64,000 nt of DNA, taken from assembly GCA_964016885.1 (NCBI GenBank), contig OZ024740.1:400644001-400708000 (forward strand). Reading direction: 5' to 3'. A program made the translations under genes and the position numbers. The notes under the pieces were generated by a model. It ran no database searches. It saw nothing but the letters and a program-made list of their open reading frames with translations, and was not told the origin of the DNA. The stretch is from Eledone cirrhosa (taxonomy: Eukaryota). Positions 15,237 to 25,960 of this stretch are shown piece after piece. The number at the start of each line of letters is the position of its first letter. Positions within the stretch are counted from its first letter, which is position 1.

Positions 15237-15298
15237 TATAGTAGTAGTAGTTATAGTAGTAGTAGTAGTTGTAGTAGTAGTAGTAGTAGTAGTTGTTT

Positions 15299-15351
<53 letters not shown>

Positions 15352-15352
15352 A
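14430..15352. repeat. (TAG)n trinucleotide microsatellite with TTG/TTA variants
   Basis: Directly visible; source of the poly-V/T/S pseudo-ORFs. Confidence 0.98.
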
Positions 15353-16028
15353 GTAAGAACGTACGTTGGCAATCCACTAATATTGTAATAATCCTCATAC
15401 TGATACTTTGAGAATTTAGTCTTTCTTATTTTGCCGCAAATTTGAGAAAACACCGATTAAGATCATGTTGAGAATGATTTTGCACCTGCATTCCTGCTGA
15501 AGTAACTTTATAATTCCCTGCTAAATGTGTTGTTTTAGTGAAGCTTCAGGTGGCTGACTCAATCCACACTTCTGTTGTAAGAAAGATACTTTGAATTCTA
15601 CTATGGTGTCTGCGCAGTGTCAAAATTTGTCTCAACAGCTTTCATCCCTCATAGGTGAGTAAACATATCTGTAAAATATGCGTTGCAAATGGGCTTTGAG
15701 ATTGTTAGGAAAATCACTTCTAGATTGTATCGCTACAGAATATTTTTCTATCTTCTTTTTTGTCGGCATTCTTTTCACATTTGTATTTTGCGTAAAATAT
15801 GACGGAGGTATGAGAAATATTGTTGTAAAAATGTTTGCAGGGTAATCCAGTTAGTTGAAGTTTACTTGAGTATGTGCGTACATATCTGTAAGTGGGTGTT
15901 TTGACTTTGCAGGCAATTTGTTTAACAATATGAGTACATTTGTCAGTGAAACAATATGCATAGTAATCACGTACATTTTCAAGGGTACATGACTATGTAC
16001 ACTTATACATACCTACCTACCTACGTAC

Positions 16029-16101
<73 letters not shown>

Positions 16102-16119
16102 TATTTTATATATATCCAG

Positions 16120-16407
16120 GGAGTGTAACTTGGAGTTACTGTAGGTTCACCCAGGTGAGCACTCGATGTTTAGGTTCACTTCAGTGTCGAGGTGTAGAGC
16201 TAGACAGAGTGTATTATAGTGAAAAGATAAAAAGGACGATTGGTTACTCCATCATTACTTTTATTGGTTGGTGACGCGCGTTTCGCCACTGATCAGCTCA
16301 AGGTTCAATCTGTATCGATCTTCGAACCATGAGCTGATCAGTGGCGAAACGCGCGTCACCAACCAATAAATGTAACGACGGAGTAACCAGTCGTCCTTGT
16401 TATCTTT

Positions 16408-16415
<8 letters not shown>
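16120..16415. mobile_element. Fold-back Penelope-like terminal repeat with hammerhead 3' half
   Basis: Inverted arms of ~90 bp (16215-16306 and 16324-16415) containing cGAAAC-gcgc-GTC and AATAAA, a one-sided extension at 16120-16214, and (TA)n on both sides. Confidence 0.6.
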
Positions 16416-16451
<36 letters not shown>

Positions 16452-16456
<5 letters not shown>

Positions 16457-16975
16457 TAAAATAAAAGATTAAAGTTTAAGCAAAGAATCGCTGCTTTCAC
16501 CCTTAACAGGATCTTCTGAGACTAACAAAGTCAATCTGTAAACGCAGAAGTGGATATTTCAAAAAACGTTGCAACCGGAGGAAGACAGGAAGACGATACT
16601 TTGGTTCGTGGAAACGTTCCCTGGCAAAGAACGGGAAAAAACGAGTATAATACGTCATTAATAGGAGCGGTGAAAAATAATTACACGCAAAGGGAGTATT
16701 ATATTCGTTTTTTCCCGTTCTTTGCCAGCGAACGTTTCCACGAACCAAAGTATCGTCTTCCTGTCTTCCTCCGGTTGCAACGTATTTTGAAATATCCACT
16801 TCTGCGTTTACAGATTGACTTTGTTAGTTTCAGAAGATCCCGTTAAGGGTGAAAGCAGCGATTCTTTGCTTAAACTTTAATCTGTTATTTTAATAAATAT
16901 TTGCTCTACGGTTCTTATATATTTGATACATATTTATCCTTATCGAGCCCTCTTTGGATTTTAGTCTTCAAATTT
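16452..16975 (+). mobile_element. Long fold-back Penelope-like terminal repeat with variant hammerhead
   Basis: Inverted arms of ~200 bp (16452-16652 and 16695-16900) plus tail. agttt-CAGAAGA-tccc(gttaa)gggt-GAAAgca..tgcTT-aaact at 16826-16876. Confidence 0.75.
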
Positions 16976-17079
16976 ATTATTATTACTATTATTATTATTA
17001 TTGTTCTTTGAGTCTCAGTCATTAATGTTAGTTAACTGGAAAGTTTGTTGAAATGAATATCAAGCCACTACCTGCAGCC

Positions 17080-17469
17080 TCAGATATTCAGGATGTGTCG
17101 GAGAGTTCTTGCTGTTCCCAGCAAGCATACCTTTTGAAGAGTTCCAAAAAGCGTGAAGGGGCCAATTTTTTTTAACCTTCCCTGGAAACTTTTTGAGATA
17201 GTACCTAGTGCGCCTATGACAATCGGGATCACTTTGCTTTCATGGCAGTTCGAAATCCTTTTTACCTCCCACTTTAAGTCCTGGTATCGGTTAATTTTCT
17301 CCTTCTCCTTCTCTTGCACTCTCGTGTCAAATGGGCAGGCCACATCCACAATCAGGCACGATCTTTTTTCTTTGTCCACAACCACCAGGTTAGGTCTATT
17401 GTGTTCCAGTTTGTTGTCCGTCTGTATCCTAAAATCCCACAGCACCTTCACCTGATCGTTTTCTATCAC
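17080..17469 (-). pseudogene. Restriction-like endonuclease domain of the Dong-like LINE
   Basis: LWDFRIQTD..HNRPNLVV..IVDVACPFD..EKINRYQDL..PIVIGALG. The catalytic PD is mutated to PN. Preceded by a CRIC zinc knuckle (ORF 17589-17771). Confidence 0.88.
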
Positions 17470-17874
17470 CGACTCTGGCTTATGCTCATACCACTTCTCA
17501 AATTGTGGTAAACTGTTTACTTTGCATAGGTGCTAGTGGATCACCCTGCCCATCACATCGTGTCTCCAGCCCTTATAGTGAGTTTGGGCTAGGTGTTTAC
17601 ACTCGGATACAATGTGAGCCGCAGTCTCCTCTCTCTCTCTCCACAGATTCTGCACAGTGGGCTAGCCTCCTCCCTGTAAATATGGTGTTTCAACCACTTC
17701 GTTTTGAGGGCCTGCTCCTGCGCAGCCATTAACATTCCTTCTGTAGCCTTTTTAAGGTCTCCTCTTTTCAACCAGTTCCATGTTTGTGGATCTCTAAATT
17801 CAGTTTTCTCAAAGAAGGTACTATGAAGGGATTTTTCCTGAAGGCTGCTCTTTCTCCTTGATGTTATTTCCTCT

Positions 17875-18052
17875 GGATTGGCAGTATCGGTAGAGGGTCA
17901 GACACCATGCTTTCCAGCATAGTTACGTCCCTTTACGATCTGAGTTCAAATCCCGCCGAGGTTGACTTTGCCTTTCATCCTTACGGGGTCGATAAAATAA
18001 AGTACCAGTAATGCACTGGCTAATTTCTGGCCTTGTGCCTAAAGTAGAAACA
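17875..18052 (+). mobile_element. tRNA-derived SINE family A inserted into the Dong-like LINE
   Basis: Family A sequence bounded by a 12-bp target-site duplication gttatttcctct (17863-17874 and 18053-18064). Confidence 0.92.
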
Positions 18053-18064
18053 GTTATTTCCTCT

Positions 18065-19515
18065 TTGGACATCCCCTGGTCTATTGTGCCCTGCTTCAGT
18101 ACAGTTCTGAGCATTGGCTCCTGACTATCAGTCACGTATTTGTGTAGGTTGTTTTTCTCCATCTGAACACAGTCCTCTATGCTGATAAGACCTCCTCCAC
18201 CCTCAGATCTCCTTAAGTAGAGTCTATCGACATCACTCCCCTTGTGGAACATGTAGATATTCAATAACTTTCTAGTCTTCCTATCCATTTCTTTTTGTTC
18301 AGCAACACTCCATCTCAGAATTCCCGCACTGTACCTAATAATAGACACAGCTCGGGAATTTACTGCCCTTATGGCATTCCTACTGGTCTGATGTGACTTT
18401 AATACGCTCCTTACTCTCCGAATGTATTCAGTTCTTATCAATTCCTTCATTTTTTTGTTCTTGATGTCATCAGCCTCCAGAACACCGAAATACTTGTATC
18501 CTTCTTCAGAGTCAATTTCCTTTATCATCTCACCTGTTGGTACCTGGATTCCGTTACTTCTGCTCAATTTACCCCTCTTCATCACAATGACTCCACACTT
18601 ACTAATACCAAAATGCATACATATATCATTGCTGAAAATACGGACAGTGTCAACAAGCACATCCAACTGTTTCTCACTCTTCCCGAAGAGCTTAAGATCG
18701 TCCATGAAGAGGAGGTGATTGATCGTAAGCCCTCCCTTTCCCAACCAGTATCCTGCTCTAACTTTTCGCAGTACACTGGTCAGGGGCATCAGGGCAAGGA
18801 CAAACAACAGAGGGGACAAACTATCTCCCTGGAAGATACCTCTCTTGATCTTCACGCTTCCCAAGGATTCTCCAGTTGATGTTAACTCTGTTTCCCAGGA
18901 CTTCATAGTTTTGCCCAACAACTGTCTGATGTTATCTGCCACCTTGAAGATCTCCAGGCTTTTGGTGATCCAAGAATGAGGCACCATGTCAAATGCCTTT
19001 TTGTAGTCTATCCATCTCATGGCAAGACCAGTGTGTCTCCTCTTGCAACTCCTCATTACCATCTTATCAATAAGTAACTGGTTCTTTGTACCACGTGACT
19101 TCTTTCGGCATCCTTTCTGTTCGTCCGGTAACAAGTTGTTTGTGTGGAGGTGATGGTAGATTTCCTCAGACATAATGCTTGTCAACAGTTTCCACATTAC
19201 GGACAGACATGTGATAGGTCTATAGTTGGTAACATCATTACCCTTGATTCGGTCTTTCATTATCAGAACTGTGGTACCTTTTGTCAACCACTCTGGTACC
19301 TCACCTGACATCAAGCAGTCATTGAATATGGTTCTCAATTTCGGGTGGAGGGATGTTATATTTTTAATCCAATACCCCTGCACACCATCTGGGCCTGGTA
19401 ATTTCCAGTTGGTTAGTTTTCTGGCCTGCCCCTTAAGAGTTTCAACTGTGATACTCAAATCAGTTTGTTGGTGTGCCTGTTCACTAATCTCCTTCTGTAC
19501 TGCCTCAATCCACAC
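18065..19515 (-). pseudogene. Reverse transcriptase of the Dong-like LINE
   Basis: PGPDG, YRPITCL, QKGC, WIDYKKAFDMVPH, GIFQGDSLSPLLF, HLLFMDDLKL, YKYFG and GGGL motifs. The last ~45 aa of the listed ORF are SINE read-through. Confidence 0.92.
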
Positions 19516-20451
19516 TGCCTGGTCATTATGTTTAACATCCTGCTCCCATATTCCTCTCCAGAATGTTTTAGTTTATTCCGCCTCAGGGATCAAGTCGTTG
19601 CCTCTTTCTTTCCCTTCAAGCTGTCCAAACAGCATATTCTGGTTGTTGTCGAACATGCTGTTCTGTCTATACTGACTGACTCTGTTCTCGTATCGCCTGA
19701 TTTTTGCACTCTTTGCTACAATGCGTTGCTTCAGTTCCTCTATGATAATATTTAGCTTTTTCCTCCTAGTTTTGTACTTTATTTCCATTCTATTTTTAGT
19801 GTCTATGTTTTTTAGTGTCCCATTCAGTAGGGACTCAAGCTTTCCAATGTCATTTCTCATTTCCCTGATTTGACCACTCAGTCGTTTCTTCCACCAAGGC
19901 TCTGATCTTTCTTGTCTGTTGTTTCCTCTCGCTTTTATACCAAGTTGTTTCCTCACCGTATTTGCTGTGGCTTTGAGGATATTGTTGCACTGGTGAAGGC
20001 CCCTCGCCTCAAGGTATGGGATGACTTTGTTTACCTTAACTGTTGTTTTTTTAAACTTTTTCCTGTCTACAAATCTTAGGTTCATAGGTTTCCCACTATC
20101 ATTGTTCAATTCATCTACCACTAAGTTTAGGATATCAACCAAATCTTGTCCTAGCCCGTCAGCATTCATCTCCTCAGTGGCCGTATCTCTGTTCCAGGTA
20201 TTATTTATCTCAGCATTCAGATCATTGTCTGCTTCGAGTGGTTCCTCCGTTCTCTCGACCACTTCACCTTCATTTCCCACTGGCTCGTTTGCCTGGCATA
20301 CTCCACTCTCCATCTCCAAGCTAATCTCTCTGCTCAGTTCCTCCAGTTCCAGCTCGCTAATCCACCCATTAGTTCTTATTACCCATTATTATTATTATTA
20401 TTATTACTAAATATATATATATATCTATATCTATATCTATATATCTATATA

Positions 20452-20503
<52 letters not shown>

Positions 20504-21303
20504 ATATATATATATAGTTTAGAAAGCGTAAGAGAAACACAAACATAAGGACAATTCCCACGCTCCGGCTGTCTGCTGTGGGCCGCTGATGTTTCGACGC
20601 ATTACAGACCGTACATCTTTACACATTGTGTTAATAACTGAGAGGAATAGTTATTGAGTAAGAAAACAACAAAAAACAAAATCAAAACACAGAAATGATA
20701 GCGAAGAGAACGACAGAGAAAGGAAATAAACAGAAAAACGTAGCGATAGAGAGAGAGAGGGGAAGAGGGACACAAGACAGTAGTACATGTAAGTTGCAGT
20801 AACCAATGGGAGAGAGGGAGAAGCTAAAAAGGAAACCGAACGTAAACCCTGAATCCGTATTACAAGAACGAGAGAGAGCGAAGATAAAATAAAAGTCAGA
20901 TATTAGCGAGAACAGGCGGAAAGAGTGAGAGACGAAGGAAAACGGAAGTGAAATGGGGGGGGGGGGGGTGTAAGGGAGCAGAAAGAGAGGGGGAGAAATG
21001 AGATATATGGTAAGACAGAAAGAGAATAAGTGAGTGAGAGAGAGGCGGGGGGAGGGATAAGTAAGTGGAAGAGGGAGAGAAAGAGAGAGAAAGAAAGAGG
21101 GAGAAAGATGTGTTTGTGTGTAAATGTGTGTGTGTGTTAGCTGGGTGTGTAACAACAGATTCAGGCAGTACGTCGTTCGAAGCACTCAACGCTGGTGCAC
21201 CCTTCGTTTCGCCTGTGTTGTATTCCTGACATAGACACATTTGCAATATGCAAATTAAGTGTGTGCCCATACATACTGCAACACTAACTTCCACCCTTTT
21301 AAA

Positions 21304-21342
<39 letters not shown>

Positions 21343-21362
21343 GTGCGTGTATCTGTGTCTAA

Positions 21363-21394
<32 letters not shown>

Positions 21395-21396
21395 CA

Positions 21397-21436
<40 letters not shown>

Positions 21437-21647
21437 AATATAAGTATGTACACGTACATTCACATATGTATACAGACGTACAGTAGTATGTATATATATA
21501 TACATACATGCACACATATATATATATGTACGTATGGATTCACCGAACATTTATTATAATGCTCGGTGTGTTTGTAAACAAACATCCCGTATTAAGCCGT
21601 AGTGTCTAGCAACCATCGTTGTTCGTTTGTTCAACACTGACAAAGGA

Positions 21648-21690
21648 ACAGTGTACTAGTTTCAAGCTTATTAGCTATCGTCAGCAACGT
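21648..21690 (-). ncRNA. Minimal hammerhead ribozyme (inverted copy)
   Basis: Minus strand acgttg-CTGACGA-tagctaataagctt-GAAAC-ta-GTA-cactgt. Confidence 0.75.
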
Positions 21691-22124
21691 ATAACTTCCT
21701 GCCAGATTGTTAAACGATAGCTAATAAGTTTGAAACTAGTACAGCGTTCCTTTGTCAGTGTTGAACAAACGAGCAACGATGGTTGCTAGACACTACGGCT
21801 TAATACGGGATGTTTGTTTACAAACACACCGAGCATTATAATAAATGTTCGGTGAATTCATACGTACATATATATATGTGTGCATGTATGTATATATATA
21901 TACATACTACTGTACGTCTGTATACATATATGTATGTACGTGTACATACTTATATTTAAGTAACAGCCGTACTAAGAGTGGGAAATGAAATTTCGTCTCA
22001 TTTTTTCCGTTTATCGTTTTCGGTGCACCCGGCCGATTAACCCACTCGATATGCAAATTGGGCTACTCAGCCGTTAATATGCATAAGGTAAGTATATAGG
22101 TTCAACAATCTGGCAGGAAGGTAT

Positions 22125-22167
22125 ACGTTGCTGATGATAGCTAATAAGCTTGAAACTAGTACAGCGT
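22125..22167 (+). ncRNA. Minimal type I hammerhead ribozyme
   Basis: acgttg-CTGATGA-tagc(taataa)gctt-GAAAC-ta-GTA-cagcgt: intact core, stem I acgttg/cagcgt, palindromic stem III (actagt). Confidence 0.85.
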
Positions 22168-22424
22168 TCCTTTGTCAGTGTTGTACAAACGAGCAACGGT
22201 GGTTGCTAGACACTACGGCTTAATACGGGATGTTTGTTTACAAACACATCGAGCATTATAATAAATGTTCGGTGAATCCATACGTACATATATATATGTG
22301 TGCATGTATCTATATATACATACTACTGTACGTCTGTATACATATATGTATGTACGTGTACATACTTATATTTAAGTAACAGCCGTACCAAGAGTGGGAA
22401 ATGAAATTTCGTTTCATTTTTTCC

Positions 22425-22499
<75 letters not shown>

Positions 22500-22559
22500 T
22501 ATAGTCGTGTATAATGGTAGCTATGGTGCTTCCATAGGCGGTATGCCAAAATTAGCACT

Positions 22560-22870
<311 letters not shown>

Positions 22871-23354
22871 CATACACACATATGTATATAGTCATGTGGT
22901 GACGCTCAGAGACACTATAAAATAGTTTAAAAAATAGGGTGAAGCCCTTAAAGAGAGAAAAAGAAGATTTTATCGGCCAGTCCGAGGAATCGAGCCCTAT
23001 ATTTATATATATGACGCATTCATAGTTTCTTTTGTTAATTATTTCAGAAAAATGTCATCAATGTAAATTATGCAACTTGAGTCTCGTCAAATTCCAAACT
23101 TTAGTTCAAATTCCAAAACTAAATTTTGATCAGAATTTCATGCTGTCTGTTATGATGATTTAGCTTCATGTAATAAATTATGCATTAACATACCAGGAAC
23201 ATATGAAATGTTTTAAATAGCTTCTTGTTCGACAAATCTTACTCTCAATTAACATATTCTGAAGCGTGTAATATAAGCACTCATACGTTCTCACGTCTTC
23301 TTTTCCGGTTTAGGTCTGTTGGTCTCTCTATCCCTACTACCCTTTACGTCGTTG

Positions 23355-23425
<71 letters not shown>

Positions 23426-24539
23426 TATATACATATATATTATATATTTATACAGTTATGGGATTATGATATACCATTTACCCGTCACCACATATGGGGG
23501 CGTGGGAGGAAACGGACATAGGAAATATTGATCCAAGTACTGGGCAAGTACTTTTTTATCGCTCTCGAAACAATGAAAGATAAAGCTCATTCGGAGCTCA
23601 ACAACTGGTACAACTACCGTCATATATTCTATCCTTCGTTCTAAAGACTCTGCCAAAAGTAGCACATTGGTGGTATATATAAAACAGATTGATGTATATA
23701 CAGCCGATGTAAATTATAAAATCTGATTAAACTGAAAGCGAATAGAATGTGACATAAAATATTTGGAAAGAAGTGAATGCAAAATGGATAAATAAACGAT
23801 ATAAATGATATTAAATGAAATATTCGTGTAGGGTATCTGACGTAAAATAAACAAAAAATATACATATATGTAGTTAACTCATCATTTCATTTACACAACA
23901 AATAGGTTTCCTATGCTAATGTAAGAAACAAATGTCACTATATCTTCTTTTAATCAGGAAAAAATATATGACATTCAACTACATGCTACATCTTTGATAT
24001 GATAACAATAACAGATGTAAAACAAATTTACTTTTTCTTAGAGAAAGACTATTTCATGGTGCAAATCGCAAATAGCTTCGATATACGTCTTTCCGTTTTA
24101 AAATTAACATCAACGGAGCAACGAATAAAAACAAACGAATATAATAAAAACTAATGGAAACCGTAGAAATTACACGTTTTATACATTTTCTTATTTCTAT
24201 TTTGATTCATGAATTTATAGGAAGTCAGATATTTTATTGATTTTGATTATGTGTAAGATTTCCTTCCAAAATTAAGGTTTAAAGCTCAACACTTTAAAAC
24301 ATATATGAAAATATGCAAGAGCAAGCATATAATGTTATAATTATTATATTCCACTTATACATCCTTGATATAAAATTGAATTGTAACAAACATCTACTCA
24401 ATTATTTGACTAACACGAGGAAATTATTGAGGTAAAACCCTAAAATAACACAGCTAAGAAACACAAGGCATTTTGCTCAATGATCTTACAATAATGATTT
24501 CATATATTGGAGTTAAGTTAGAGGTGTGTGGGGTGGAGG

Positions 24540-25960
24540 GACAGTTGTTTATATTGACTTCAATATGTTCTTGGTACGTACTTTATCAACTGCAGAAAGA
24601 AAATGTAATGTAGATTTGTCGCGATCTGAACTCGGCCTATAAACGTCTGTAACTAAATTGTATTCGAGTTTCAACGATGCTACCAATACCCCCACTCCAT
24701 TTGAATAATGAGATTTAATTTAGGCACAAGGCCATCAATTTGTGGGGGAGGAGAAATTTTATCATATCGATCCATATACTTTCTCAACTCCGGAAAGATG
24801 AGACAGACCTGTCAATTCTTCCTGTCCGATGGGGGAGATTTCCCACCCACTTAGTGTCAAAATGGGTATAGTTTACATTATGTAAAATCCCTCCATTTTG
24901 CTTCATTTATCCCTGTTTGGGGCACGTTTTTTCATGGTAATCCCCATTTGGGTTTTTACAGGTTGGTAGGTCTGGTGAGTGGCAACGTTAACGTCGACGA
25001 AAATGAAACTTAGAACGTAACGGGCCGTAAAAAAATTCTGCAAAGCATTTTGTCCAATGCAATTCACCATCTTCACCATCCTAATGATTGGAAAACAATT
25101 CTAACAAAATCACAAAGATGAATTAGCCATTGCGTGTGCGGTGGAGCTGTCAATATAATGAATTCCTTTTCATTGTTTCAAACAGATTCGAAAGTCACAA
25201 TATATTTAATTATAGTGTTATCAAAACATATCAAATGCTTCTATGTTTGCTTTTTATACACCGGATACCTGATATATAAATTCGGCTTCAGTGGGATTTG
25301 AATTCAGAAATGATTGCGCTAATCCAAGATCATCTCATTTATCATATTAATTTATAATCTACAGAGGTCAAACACTTTCGAGAAGGAGTTAGTCAATTAA
25401 GTTAACCCCAGAATGTAGCTGTTAGTTTGTATTATTGACCCCAAAAAGATAAATTTCAAAGTTGAGTTCTGGAAGATTTGAAGGCAGAACGTAAAGAATA
25501 GGAAATGAATATTCCTAGGCATTTAGCCCACTCTCTAATGATACTGCCAAATGTAATAATAATAATAATTTCTACTTTAGGCACAAGGCCAGAAATTTGA
25601 AGGGGAGGGGAAGTCGATTAAATCGACCTCAGTGCATTACTAATAATTTATTTTATCTGGAAGGCAAAGCTAACGTCGGCGTGATTTGAACTCAGAACGT
25701 AAAGGGACATAACTCTATACTGCAAAGCATGGTGTCTGACGCTCTTCCTCTACTGCCAATCGACCAAGCAGAAGGCTAAACATTTTGAAAGGATAGATCA
25801 GTCGATTAAAAAAAACCCAGTACATGACTTGTAATTTATTTTCTGGACACCGGAAAGCTGAAAGGCAAAATTTATCTCGAATCCAGATTAATAAAAGCCA
25901 AATCATATAAAGAAAAATATTTTGTTCGACGCTCCATCAATTCTCGCAATCCAATGCTAT
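24540..25960 (-). mobile_element. Cluster of five or more family A SINE copies of differing age, same orientation
   Basis: Recurrent 'aggcacaaggcc', 'gatttgaactcagaacgtaaag' and 'aaggcaaag'. Best copy is 25568-25765. Confidence 0.7.
24804..24974. mobile_element. Small hAT-like MITE nested in a SINE
   Basis: Imperfect TIRs cagacctgtcaa / ttggtaggtctg. SINE core stops at 24803 (ccggaaagatga) and resumes at ~24981 (ggcaacgtt). Confidence 0.5.

Larger units (their letters stand above)
17004..20385 (-). mobile_element. R4/Dong-clade non-LTR retrotransposon (RT + CCHC + restriction-like endonuclease), decayed and probably 5'-truncated
   Basis: ORF fragments 19573-20319, 17923-19515, 17589-17771 and 17080-17469. 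Both ends abut (TAA)n, the known Dong target. Interrupted by a SINE. Confidence 0.9.
21435..22428 (+). mobile_element. Hammerhead-containing non-autonomous element: inverted copy plus 420-bp tandem units (retrozyme-like or mini-Penelope)
   Basis: 21435-21712 is the reverse complement of ~22102-22376. 21716-22013 repeats directly at 22136-22428 (period 420). Flanked by (TA)n. Confidence 0.8.

Noticed and set aside
15420-15950. Decayed GIY-YIG/Penelope coding relics (also 36300-36700) and a possible gag relic at 5450-5870
   Set aside because: Only faint, broken motif hints; needs a translated search.
16503-16846. Two near-identical 98-aa ORFs on opposite strands
   Set aside because: An artefact of the long inverted repeat; no recognisable domain.
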